A stretch of 64,000 nucleotides of DNA, from the IMG/VR virus record IMGVR_UViG_3300021425_000008, positions 77,062-141,061 of that record. One strand, 5' to 3'. Both the position numbers and the translations under genes were made by a program. The notes under the pieces are model-generated. The model searched no databases and had not been told where the DNA came from. It saw nothing but the letters and a program-made list of their open reading frames with translations. The stretch's first letter is position 1; the number at the start of each line of letters is the position of its first letter. The DNA is from a virus. Of the stretch, positions 51,128 through 59,911 are shown piece after piece.

Positions 51128-51279
51128 TTGTGAAACAAATTAAATCCAATTGGTATTATGTTTTCTGGGGTATGGCAACAGTCGCAGTTGTTGCTGGTCA
51201 GATCTATGTTGGATCTGGATACCGTCAGATGTCAGAAACAGTAAAAACTCTCATTCAACAAAATTATTATGAACGTTAA
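51124..51279 (+). CDS. 51-aa single-pass membrane protein, not in the ORF track
   Basis: ATGA overlap with gp44; MIVKQIKSNWYYVFWGMATVAVVAGQIYVGSGYRQMSETVKTLIQQNYYER*. Confidence 0.7.
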   Translation: MIVKQIKSNWYYVFWGMATVAVVAGQIYVGSGYRQMSETVKTLIQQNYYER

Positions 51280-51556
51280 AGTATTTCGTATGTCCTCTGG
51301 TGAGGATGTGGTCGCTGATGTCCTTGAAGATAAAGAGGACAGTCTTGTTATCATGAATCCTATTGTTGCATTTAATCAAGGTGATGGTCGTCTTGGTTTT
51401 GCACCTTATGCTCCTCTTCTGAAACGTGAAGAGAAGGAACTGGAGATCAATAAGAAGTGGATTGTATATACTGCCAACGTTAATGACGAATTGGTAGATC
51501 AGTATGAGGAGATGTTCTCTCCATTGAAAACCCCTAGTAAGAAGTTGATCCTTTGA
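51269..51556 (+). CDS. Hypothetical protein, Sm-like family
   Basis: VFRMSSGEDVVA...NP...FAPYAP pattern. Confidence 0.75.
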   Translation: MNVKVFRMSSGEDVVADVLEDKEDSLVIMNPIVAFNQGDGRLGFAPYAPLLKREEKELEINKKWIVYTANVNDELVDQYEEMFSPLKTPSKKLIL

Positions 51557-51557
51557 T

Positions 51558-51938
51558 ATGGAATTGAAAGATTGGTTGAACTCAATCAACTTTAACAAGG
51601 AGAATATTCTCGATGAGGACCCCACTCTAGCACGAGAATATCCTCCCTATATTATTAATAAGTGTCTGTCAGGTCACTTGGATTGTGTGATGTTCGCCAA
51701 TGAAATGAACAAGTATCATTTCTTGGATAAGGACATGCAATATAATTTTTATATAAATATTCTGAGAAAGAAGAAAAGATTTTCTCCTTGGCTTAGAAAA
51801 GAGAAAGTATCAGATTTAGAGTTTGTTAAACAATACTATGGTTATAGTAATGAGAAAGCATCTCAAGTTCTGAAAATCCTATCTAATGAACAAATTGAAT
51901 TTATTAAACAACGACTTGACACTGGTGGTACAAAATGA
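51558..51938 (+). CDS. gp62: Clamp loader small subunit gp62
   Basis: LKDWLNSIN, YPPYIINKCLS and KQYYGYSNEKA. Confidence 0.95.
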   Translation: MELKDWLNSINFNKENILDEDPTLAREYPPYIINKCLSGHLDCVMFANEMNKYHFLDKDMQYNFYINILRKKKRFSPWLRKEKVSDLEFVKQYYGYSNEKASQVLKILSNEQIEFIKQRLDTGGTK

Positions 51939-52372
51939 CACAAACTGCTGAACCTCAGGTAACTTGGTCTCAAAACAAAATGGTCGAGATCAGGTTGAAT
52001 GAACCTGATGACTTTCTTAAAGTAAGAGAAACTCTGACTCGTATTGGTGTAGCTTCTAGAAAAGAAAAGAAGTTGTATCAGTCATGTCATATCCTGCACA
52101 AACAGGGTAAGTATTACATCGTTCACTTTAAGGAACTGTTTGCCCTGGATGGGAAATACGCTAACCTTACTATTAATGATGTTCAGCGTAGGAATCGTAT
52201 TACTAAGCTTCTTGCTGATTGGGGACTCATTACGATCCTGAACAAAGATTCGATTATTGATATCGCACCTCTGAATCAGATCAAGGTTCTGTCCTACAAA
52301 GACAAACAAGACTGGACTCTGGAACAGAAATACAACATTGGTAAGAGAGGAAAGACCGAAGAGGCTGAATAA
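51935..52372 (+). CDS. regA: Translational repressor RegA
   Basis: DDFLKVRETLTRIG and LYQSCHILHKQGKYYIVHFKELF. Confidence 0.98.
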   Translation: MTQTAEPQVTWSQNKMVEIRLNEPDDFLKVRETLTRIGVASRKEKKLYQSCHILHKQGKYYIVHFKELFALDGKYANLTINDVQRRNRITKLLADWGLITILNKDSIIDIAPLNQIKVLSYKDKQDWTLEQKYNIGKRGKTEEAE

Positions 52373-52421
52373 ATATCTCTGAGTCTTTCGTGCAGACTCT
52401 ACGAATGTCGGAAACCCCTAT

Positions 52422-52455
52422 AAGACGGTGTAGTTATCACTACATCGTCTTTTTT
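52422..52455 (+). terminator. Rho-independent terminator after regA
   Basis: AAGACGGTGTAGT/ACTACATCGTCTT stem plus T tract. Confidence 0.8.
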
Positions 52456-52461
52456 CGTATG

Positions 52462-52470
52462 TGTTATAAT
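52462..52470 (+). promoter_or_regulatory. Extended -10 promoter for hsp20
   Basis: TGTTATAAT. Confidence 0.65.
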
Positions 52471-52487
52471 TAGTATGTAAGAGGTTC

Positions 52488-52572
52488 GGGTTCTACGGAA
52501 CCCCCTTTTACGCCAACGGTTGCCTTCGGGGACCACACAACACACTCTCGCTTTAAAAGGAGAAGTCTCATG
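52488..52572 (+). promoter_or_regulatory. Structured hsp20 5' UTR, ROSE-like RNA thermometer candidate
   Basis: Two UNCG-tetraloop hairpins, then UCGCU paired with the AGGAG SD with a bulged G. Confidence 0.6.
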
Positions 52573-52995
52573 ACACTAGCAAAGTATAATGCTGCCAATT
52601 TGGATCAGCTGATGGATCGTATTACAAAGAACTCGATCGGTATGGATGAATACTTCGACAGAGTTTTTAGTACGTCTGTAAACAATTATCCTCCCTATAA
52701 TGTTATCCAGGTAAACGATACTGAAACTCAACTGGAAATTGCATTAGCAGGATTTAAGAAAGAAGATGTCCATGCTTACACTGAGTATGGAAAACTCTTT
52801 GTCAAAGGGGAGAAGAAAACACTTGATGATGAAAGAGTATTTGTCCACAAGGGATTGGCAACAAGAGACTTCGAGAGAGCCTGGACTCTTGCTGAAGATA
52901 CTGAAGTCTCTAACGTTGTGTTTGAGGACGGACTCCTTACAATCACTTTGACGAAGGTAATCCCCGAACATCATCAACGTAAAGACTACCTCTAA
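52570..52995 (+). CDS. hsp20: Small heat shock protein Hsp20 (IbpA-like)
   Basis: NYPPYN, LEIALAGF, HKGLATRDF and DGLLTI. Confidence 0.96.
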   Translation: MTLAKYNAANLDQLMDRITKNSIGMDEYFDRVFSTSVNNYPPYNVIQVNDTETQLEIALAGFKKEDVHAYTEYGKLFVKGEKKTLDDERVFVHKGLATRDFERAWTLAEDTEVSNVVFEDGLLTITLTKVIPEHHQRKDYL

Positions 52996-53016
52996 ATAAA
53001 ACATCGTCGCCGCTAC

Positions 53017-53055
53017 GGGGGTTTATGGCAAAAACCATAGACACCCCCCTTTTTT
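53017..53055 (+). terminator. Terminator hairpin after hsp20, overlapping a sigma70-type promoter
   Basis: GGGGGTTTATGG/CCATAGACACCCCC stem plus T tract; TAGACA (53038) and TGTTATAAT (53057-53065). Confidence 0.7.
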
Positions 53056-53117
53056 ATGTTATAATATACAGATACATATATCTGTATTAAAATTACTGTA
53101 GGAAAAACTGTAGAAAA

Positions 53118-53471
53118 ATGAGTGTAAGACTTTTAACACTGAAATCCACTGAGGATGTGATCGCAGACGTTCAGGAAATGGTCGTTGATGAGAAAGTGGT
53201 TGGTTACTACCTGAAGTATCCTTGTAAGGTAAATCTCATTGCTGATGTTGCTGAGCAAAAAGGATCTTCCCGTCTTCCATCAAAGATTCAACTCCTTCCT
53301 TACATGCCAATGAGTAAGGAGAAAACAATTCCTGTGGTCGCTGACTGGGTAGTCACAATCACGGAACCAGTTGATCAACTTTTGAATATGTACACCGAAG
53401 GAGTAAAGAAGTATGAAGCCCCTGAAAATTTTAATTCTGATGAACAATCAGAAACTTCTGACGCAAATTGA
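53118..53471 (+). CDS. Hypothetical protein, Sm-like family
   Basis: LLTLKSTEDVIADV...YP...LLPYMP...DWVV pattern. Confidence 0.75.
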   Translation: MSVRLLTLKSTEDVIADVQEMVVDEKVVGYYLKYPCKVNLIADVAEQKGSSRLPSKIQLLPYMPMSKEKTIPVVADWVVTITEPVDQLLNMYTEGVKKYEAPENFNSDEQSETSDAN

Positions 53472-53667
53472 AGAAGTTGCTGGTGATATTGGAGATCCAG
53501 ATTGTAAGTTGATTGAACCATTTGTCCTTGAAGACGATGGGACACTATCTCCGTGGTTGGTTGACATTACAAAACAAAACACCTTCATGATTCACTCTGA
53601 CAAGATCTTGACTCTTGTAGACCCGAATAGTAAACTATCTGAGAAGTACGAAGACCTGGTTAAGTAA
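53413..53667 (+). CDS. Hypothetical protein, Sm-like family
   Basis: GDPDCKLIEPF...LSPW...SDKILTLVDP; TAATG-coupled to gp43. Confidence 0.75.
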   Translation: MKPLKILILMNNQKLLTQIEEVAGDIGDPDCKLIEPFVLEDDGTLSPWLVDITKQNTFMIHSDKILTLVDPNSKLSEKYEDLVK

Positions 53668-56162
53668 TGCGCTTTTATACTAATGTCCAGGTCGTTGGTA
53701 ACAACTTTCTGGTTCGTGGATATGAAAATGGGAGAAGTGTTATATTCAAAGAAGAATACTCTCCCACTTTGTTTGTCAAATCAAATAGAGAGACAAAGTA
53801 TAAAACTCTAGAGGGTGAAACTGTAGAACCCATTCAACCAGGTACGGTAAGAGATTGTAGAGAATTTTACAAGAAGTATGATGATGTAGATGGATTCAAG
53901 ATCTACGGTAATGACCGTTATGTGTTCCAGTACATCTCTGACAAATATCCTGAAGATGAGATCAAGTTTGATATCAAGAAGATCAATCTTGTAACGATCG
54001 ACATTGAGGTAAAATCTGAGGAGGGATTCCCTGATCCCGATTCTTGTTCTGAGGAGTTGTTGACTATCTCTATTCAGGACTACGCAACCAAGCAGATTAA
54101 GACTTGGGGTAGAAAGCCATATACACCCACACAGGACAATGTGACTTACTATCACTTTGAGGATGAAGTTGCAATGCTCAACGCATTCTTGTATTGGTGG
54201 AATACAAATCCTCCAGAAGTTGTGACTGGTTGGAACTGTCGTTTGTATGATATTCCGTATCTCTGTGGTCGTATTGATCGAATCATGGGATTGAAGAAAC
54301 TCAAACTCATGTCTCCATGGGGTATTGTGAGTCATGAGACTGTGTTCATCAATGGTCGAGAATTCAATATCTTTGACATTGCTGGTGTCACCACACTGGA
54401 CTATCTTGAACTTTATAAGAAGTTTACTTATACAAACCAAGAGAGTTATCGACTGGATTATATCGCCCAAGTAGAACTTGGACAGAAGAAACTTGACCAC
54501 TCTGAGTTTGATACCTTCAAAGATTTCTACAATGGTAATTGGAAGAAGTTTGTAGACTACAACATCATTGACGTGGAACTTGTTGACCGTATGGAAGACA
54601 AGATGAAACTGATTGAGTTGGCATTGACCATGGCTTATGATGCCAAGGTGAACTTTGTCGATGTGATGTATCAGGTTCGTATGTGGGATACGATCATCTA
54701 CAACTATCTGAAGAAACGAGATATTGTGATTCCTCCTCGTGACAGAAGTGAGAAGGACAAGAGGTATGAAGGTGCGTACGTGAAACAACCTGTCCCTGGT
54801 GTCTATGACTGGGTTGTGTCGTTTGACTTGAATTCTCTGTATCCTCACCTGATGATGCAGTACAACATCTCACCCGAGACTCTGGTGGAGGAGAAACATC
54901 CTTCTGCAACCATCGATCGGATCCTGAATAAGGAGATCACCTTCGAGATGTACAAGGACTATGCAGTCTGTGCTAACGGTGCTATGTTCCGTAAGGACAT
55001 CAAAGGTTTCATGCCTGAGTTGATGGAGAAGATGTACGCAGAACGTAAGATCTTCAAGAAGAAAATGCTCCAGGCAAAACAGGAGTATGAGAAGACTCCT
55101 ACCAAACAACTTGAGAAAGATATTGCTAAGTACAATAACTTCCAGATGGCTCGTAAGATCGCACTGAACTCTTGCTATGGTGCGATTGGTAATCAATACT
55201 TCCGTTTCTTCAAACTTGCGAATGCTGAAGCCATCACACTTTCTGGTCAAACATCTATTCGTTGGATTGAGAATAAGGTAAATGGTTATCTAAATAACCT
55301 GTTACAAACAGAAAATACAGATTATGTCATTGCATCTGACACTGACTCAATCTATATTAATTTCGGACCTGTTGTTACTAAATTTCTTAGTTCTAAATCT
55401 GGCGAAAAAGCAACAGTTGTATCGTTACTTAACAAGGTCTGTGAAGAGAAACTGGAACCTTTTATTGAACGTTCGTATCAGGAATTGGCGTCGTATGTAA
55501 ACGCATATTCTCAGAAGATGCAGATGAAACGGGAGAACATTGCGGACCGTGGAATCTGGACAGCAAAGAAGAGATACATTCTCAACGTGTGGGATAGTGA
55601 GGGAGTTCGATATTCAGAACCCAAACTAAAGATCATGGGTATCGAGGCTGTGAAGTCATCGACTCCTGCTCCTTGTCGGACAATGATTAAGGATGCCCTG
55701 AAGTTGATGATGAATGGTACGGAAGATGATGTCATCAAGTTTATTGATGACGCAAGACAGAGGTTCAATAAGATGGACCCCGAGGATATTGCATTCCCTC
55801 GTTCAGTATCTGACGTGAAGAAACACAAGAGTCACTCTACGATCTACGCAAAGGGTTCTCCTATTCACGTTCGTGGTGCTCTTCTATATAATCACTACAT
55901 TAAAGAATATGGTCTCCAGAACAAATACTCCGAGATCAACAACGGTGAGAAGATCAAGTTCATCTATCTCAAGAAAGCGAACCCGATTCGTGAAAACGTA
56001 ATCTCCTTCATCTCGGAGTTCCCACGGGAGATTGGTGTTGACAAATACATCGACTACGAACTACAATTCAACAAAGCTTTCCTTGAACCACTCAAGACAA
56101 TCCTTGATGCAATCGGATGGAATGTTGAAAAGACTGTAAACCTTGAACTATTTTTTGGCTGA
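53667..56162 (+). CDS. gp43: Family B DNA polymerase gp43
   Basis: DIEV exonuclease motif, SFDLNSLYP, KIALNSCYG and DTDS. Confidence 0.99.
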   Translation: MRFYTNVQVVGNNFLVRGYENGRSVIFKEEYSPTLFVKSNRETKYKTLEGETVEPIQPGTVRDCREFYKKYDDVDGFKIYGNDRYVFQYISDKYPEDEIKFDIKKINLVTIDIEVKSEEGFPDPDSCSEELLTISIQDYATKQIKTWGRKPYTPTQDNVTYYHFEDEVAMLNAFLYWWNTNPPEVVTGWNCRLYDIPYLCGRIDRIMGLKKLKLMSPWGIVSHETVFINGREFNIFDIAGVTTLDYLELYKKFTYTNQESYRLDYIAQVELGQKKLDHSEFDTFKDFYNGNWKKFVDYNIIDVELVDRMEDKMKLIELALTMAYDAKVNFVDVMYQVRMWDTIIYNYLKKRDIVIPPRDRSEKDKRYEGAYVKQPVPGVYDWVVSFDLNSLYPHLMMQYNISPETLVEEKHPSATIDRILNKEITFEMYKDYAVCANGAMFRKDIKGFMPELMEKMYAERKIFKKKMLQAKQEYEKTPTKQLEKDIAKYNNFQMARKIALNSCYGAIGNQYFRFFKLANAEAITLSGQTSIRWIENKVNGYLNNLLQTENTDYVIASDTDSIYINFGPVVTKFLSSKSGEKATVVSLLNKVCEEKLEPFIERSYQELASYVNAYSQKMQMKRENIADRGIWTAKKRYILNVWDSEGVRYSEPKLKIMGIEAVKSSTPAPCRTMIKDALKLMMNGTEDDVIKFIDDARQRFNKMDPEDIAFPRSVSDVKKHKSHSTIYAKGSPIHVRGALLYNHYIKEYGLQNKYSEINNGEKIKFIYLKKANPIRENVISFISEFPREIGVDKYIDYELQFNKAFLEPLKTILDAIGWNVEKTVNLELFFG

Positions 56163-57169
56163 TGGATTTCCTTAAAGACATTGTAAAAGAGATTGGAGAT
56201 GACTACACAAAACTCGCCGCAGACATCGACGACACAGAGTCATATGTGGACACAGGTTCGTACATTTTTAACGGACTTGTTTCAGGGTCTATATTTGGTG
56301 GTGTATCTGGGAATAAGATTACTGCCATTGCTGGGGAGTCTTCTACTGGAAAAACTTTCTTCAGTCTTGCTGTCGTCAAGAACTTCCTTGATTCTAACCC
56401 TGATGGTTATTGTCTATATTTTGACACTGAAGCCGCTGTTAACAAATCTCTTCTCGCAAGTCGTGGGGTAGACCTGAGTCGGGTCGTTGTTGTAAACGTT
56501 GTTACAATTGAGGAGTTTAGATCCAAAGCTCTCAAAGCTGTAGATATATACTTGAAAAAACCTGAAGACGAACGCAAACCCTGTATGTTTGTGTTAGACT
56601 CTCTGGGTATGCTGTCTACTGAAAAAGAAATCAGTGACGCCTTGGCAGACAAACAAGTTCGAGACATGACCAAATCTCAACTTGTTAAGGGTGCATTCAG
56701 AATGTTAACCCTTAAACTTGGTCAAGCAAACATTCCTATGATTGTTACCAATCACACCTATGATGTTATCGGATCTTATGTACCGACTAAAGAGATGGGA
56801 GGAGGCAGTGGCCTCAAGTATGCCGCAAGTACGATCATTTATCTCAGCAAGAAAAAAGAAAAGGATGGAACGACTATTGTCGGAAACCTTATCAAGGCTA
56901 AGACTGCTAAGTCGCGTTTGAGTAAGGAGAACAAAGATGTTACGGTGCGCCTTTATTACGATGAGCGTGGTCTTGATCGATATTATGGTCTTCTTGAACT
57001 CGGTGAACTCGGTGGTCTCTGGAAGAACGTTGCAGGTCGTTATGAGATAGATGGGAAGAAGGTCTACGCCAAGGCCATCTTGAAAGACCCAGAACAATAC
57101 TTCACCCCTGAGGTGATGGAACAACTTGATGTAATTGCACGAAAAGAATTTAGTTATGGAGAGAGTTGA
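56162..57169 (+). CDS. uvsX: RecA-like recombinase UvsX
   Basis: GESSTGKT, DSLG and MGGGSG. Confidence 0.96.
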   Translation: MDFLKDIVKEIGDDYTKLAADIDDTESYVDTGSYIFNGLVSGSIFGGVSGNKITAIAGESSTGKTFFSLAVVKNFLDSNPDGYCLYFDTEAAVNKSLLASRGVDLSRVVVVNVVTIEEFRSKALKAVDIYLKKPEDERKPCMFVLDSLGMLSTEKEISDALADKQVRDMTKSQLVKGAFRMLTLKLGQANIPMIVTNHTYDVIGSYVPTKEMGGGSGLKYAASTIIYLSKKKEKDGTTIVGNLIKAKTAKSRLSKENKDVTVRLYYDERGLDRYYGLLELGELGGLWKNVAGRYEIDGKKVYAKAILKDPEQYFTPEVMEQLDVIARKEFSYGES

Positions 57170-58529
57170 ATTTCTTGTTCTCAAGAGTCTTCTACACAAT
57201 GAAGAGTTTCTAAGAAAAACAATTCCCTTTATCAGAGCAGAATACTTTCAAGATCATAATCAGAAGATTGTGTTCGAGGAGATTGTTGACTTTGTTAATC
57301 AATACAATGAGACACCCACACAAGAAGTCTTGAGTATTGAGATTGAAAAGAGGAATGATATAAACGAGACATCATTCAAAGAGTTGGTTCACCTGGTCAG
57401 TAACCTGACTGAGGAACCACAGGAGTTTGAGTGGTTGTGTAACACCACAGAGAAGTGGTGTAAAGAACGTGCAATCTATCTTGCACTTATGGAGTCGATT
57501 CAGATTGCAGATGGTCAGGATGACAAGAAGTCTCCTGATGCAATCCCTTCTATCCTGTCTGATGCACTTAGTGTCAGTTTCGATAATCATGTGGGTCATG
57601 ACTACCTACAAGACTATGAAGAACGATATGAGTCGTATCACAAGAAAGAAAGTAAGATCGAGTTTGATCTTGAGTACTTCAATAAGATCACCAAGGGTGG
57701 TCTACCAAACAAGACCCTGAACATTGCTCTCGCAGGTACAGGTGTTGGTAAGTCTCTGTTCATGTGTCACATGGCATCGTCTTGTCTCCTTCAGAACAAG
57801 AATGTTTTGTACATCACTATGGAGATGGCAGAAGAGAAGATCGCAGAACGTATTGACGCAAATCTTCTCAATGTAAATATTCAAGATATTACTGAACTTC
57901 CCAAACAGACTTTTGAAACAAAGGTAAATAATCTTTCTCAGAAGACACAGGGAACTCTTATCATCAAAGAATATCCTACTGCCAGTGCTCACAGTGGACA
58001 CTTTAAGTCACTTCTTAATGAACTTGCACTTAAAAAGTCATTCAGACCTGACATTATTTTCATTGATTACCTTAATATTTGTGCTTCCTCTAGGTATCGG
58101 GGAGGCAGCAATGTTAATTCATATACGATTATTAAGTCTATTGCAGAAGAACTTAGAGGACTGGCTTGCGAAGCAAACGTCCCTATCGTATCTGCCACGC
58201 AGACCACTCGTTCTGGTTATGGTAGCTCTGATGTCGAGCTTACTGATACAAGTGAGTCCTTTGGACTCCCTGCTACTGCTGATCTTATGTTTGCCCTTAT
58301 TTCTACCGAGGAACTTGAATCCCTGGGACAGATACTTGTGAAACAGTTGAAGAATAGATACAATGATCTCAGCATCTACAAGAGATTTGTTGTTGGTATT
58401 GATCGTGCCAAGATGAGACTGTTCGATTGTGAACAGGTTGCACAAAACGATCTCCTTGACAATAAACAAGAAGAGGAGTATAGTTATGATGAAAAACCCA
58501 AGAAGTCCTTTGACGGATTTAAATTCTGA
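57156..58529 (+). CDS. gp41: Replicative helicase gp41 (DnaB-like)
   Basis: AGTGVGKS, IFIDYL, SATQTTR and QLKNRY. Start placed at ATG 57156. Confidence 0.97.
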   Translation: MERVEFLVLKSLLHNEEFLRKTIPFIRAEYFQDHNQKIVFEEIVDFVNQYNETPTQEVLSIEIEKRNDINETSFKELVHLVSNLTEEPQEFEWLCNTTEKWCKERAIYLALMESIQIADGQDDKKSPDAIPSILSDALSVSFDNHVGHDYLQDYEERYESYHKKESKIEFDLEYFNKITKGGLPNKTLNIALAGTGVGKSLFMCHMASSCLLQNKNVLYITMEMAEEKIAERIDANLLNVNIQDITELPKQTFETKVNNLSQKTQGTLIIKEYPTASAHSGHFKSLLNELALKKSFRPDIIFIDYLNICASSRYRGGSNVNSYTIIKSIAEELRGLACEANVPIVSATQTTRSGYGSSDVELTDTSESFGLPATADLMFALISTEELESLGQILVKQLKNRYNDLSIYKRFVVGIDRAKMRLFDCEQVAQNDLLDNKQEEEYSYDEKPKKSFDGFKF

Positions 58530-58843
58530 TGAAACTACGAAAGAGTGAACCTGCAATAGTGAAGTCGGAAATGCCACACTATTATGAACTTAAATTCAAG
58601 GATCATCCTAATGGAATTGAGAAAGTTCATTGTGGTACAATGAAAGATGTAGAACGTATGTTAGAGATCTATCCAGATGCAATATACTCCAAGATTCTTC
58701 TACCAAATTCACCACAAACCGTAGAAGTACAAGCAACATCTGTTGAAGAACCTCTTGCACTTCCTACAATCAAAATTGAGGGTCAGGAGATCCCTATTCA
58801 ACAAAATCTTCCCCAATCTGAACTAAAAGAACTTGAACTATGA
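58529..58843 (+). CDS. Hypothetical protein
   Basis: Coupled to both gp41 and mazG by stop/start overlaps. Confidence 0.7.
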   Translation: MKLRKSEPAIVKSEMPHYYELKFKDHPNGIEKVHCGTMKDVERMLEIYPDAIYSKILLPNSPQTVEVQATSVEEPLALPTIKIEGQEIPIQQNLPQSELKELEL

Positions 58844-59247
58844 CCATTGATCCGCAAAAATATATTGACTTTGTTCGTCAAACTACAAGTCAAGAAAGTC
58901 TTGATTGGCCAACCCTGTCTGCTCGACTGACTCATCTTGAGATGCATGATGAGGCAAATGTCACTCAACTTCTCACTGCTGCTCTTGGTATCAGTGCAGA
59001 GGCTGGTGAGTTTACTGAGGTTGTGAAGAAGATCTTCCTTCAAGGTAAACCATATACTGAAGAGAATGTCTTCCACATGAAACGTGAACTCGGTGACATC
59101 ATGTGGTATGTTGCTCAAGCATGTATGGCTCTGGACATTTCATTCGATGAGATTCTTGAGATGAATGTTGAGAAACTGTCGGCACGATATCCTGAGGGTA
59201 CCTTTGATGTTCACTATTCTGAAAACCGTAAGGAGGGAGACCTGTGA
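58840..59247 (+). CDS. mazG: MazG nucleotide pyrophosphohydrolase
   Basis: EAGEFTEVVKK, ELGDIMWY and NVEKLSARYP. Confidence 0.95.
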   Translation: MTIDPQKYIDFVRQTTSQESLDWPTLSARLTHLEMHDEANVTQLLTAALGISAEAGEFTEVVKKIFLQGKPYTEENVFHMKRELGDIMWYVAQACMALDISFDEILEMNVEKLSARYPEGTFDVHYSENRKEGDL

Positions 59248-59474
59248 TTAAACTAGAATTAGATGTAAGACAAGCAGCATCCATTCGTCAGGTGCTATAT
59301 AAAGAACAGAGTATTTACACATACGATCCTAAATGTGTTCCTCCACGTATCGTTGACATTCGTGAAGTCATCGGTTCATTGGATACTCAGATCGAGGCTG
59401 AACTCGAAGAAGCTGCAAAAAAAATTCAAAAGCTTGAGGAGGAAGCAGCACCAGACTACGGAGTTGGGAAGTGA
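59244..59474 (+). CDS. Hypothetical protein
   Basis: GTGA overlaps at both ends; AGGAGG SD. Confidence 0.7.
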   Translation: MIKLELDVRQAASIRQVLYKEQSIYTYDPKCVPPRIVDIREVIGSLDTQIEAELEEAAKKIQKLEEEAAPDYGVGK

Positions 59475-59911
59475 AACAGGTACACATCTGTCAATTATTT
59501 GATGATGGTATCTGGGAGGATAGAGCTGAAGACTGGCGTATAAAACCAGATTGTGATTCTGTTCTTTTTCTTAAGTACATTGAGGAATATCTAGTTCCCG
59601 AAATATTACAAACTATTTGTTTTGACAAAGTAATTCATACGTCTGAAATTTTGTATCCTGATTTGTCATTGGATAACTGTATTTGTTGTAATGGAGTTAA
59701 ACATAAGTTGTGTAACATCAATAAACCAGTCATTGTTGTTCACAACATGCCTAACCCATACAACAAAGAATACAAACTTATTGACGGAAAACACAGATTC
59801 AATAAAATGCGTAGTATGGGGATGACAGAATCCAAGATGTACGTCCTTGAGTTTGAAGAGATTAAACATCTATTCAAAGACATTAATCACAATAAGTATA
59901 TTAAAAAATGA
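59471..59911 (+). CDS. ParB/sulfiredoxin-like domain protein
   Basis: PVIVV...YKLIDGKHR signature. Confidence 0.7.
   Translation: MKQVHICQLFDDGIWEDRAEDWRIKPDCDSVLFLKYIEEYLVPEILQTICFDKVIHTSEILYPDLSLDNCICCNGVKHKLCNINKPVIVVHNMPNPYNKEYKLIDGKHRFNKMRSMGMTESKMYVLEFEEIKHLFKDINHNKYIKK

Noticed and set aside
53808-54848. 346-aa minus-strand ORF inside gp43
   Set aside because: Antisense shadow of a codon-biased gene, with no recognisable motif or expression signals.
26358-58529. Introns, inteins or homing endonucleases in gp17, gp20, gp23, gp43, gp41 or uvsW
   Set aside because: All are uninterrupted and of ordinary length, with no splicing motifs seen.
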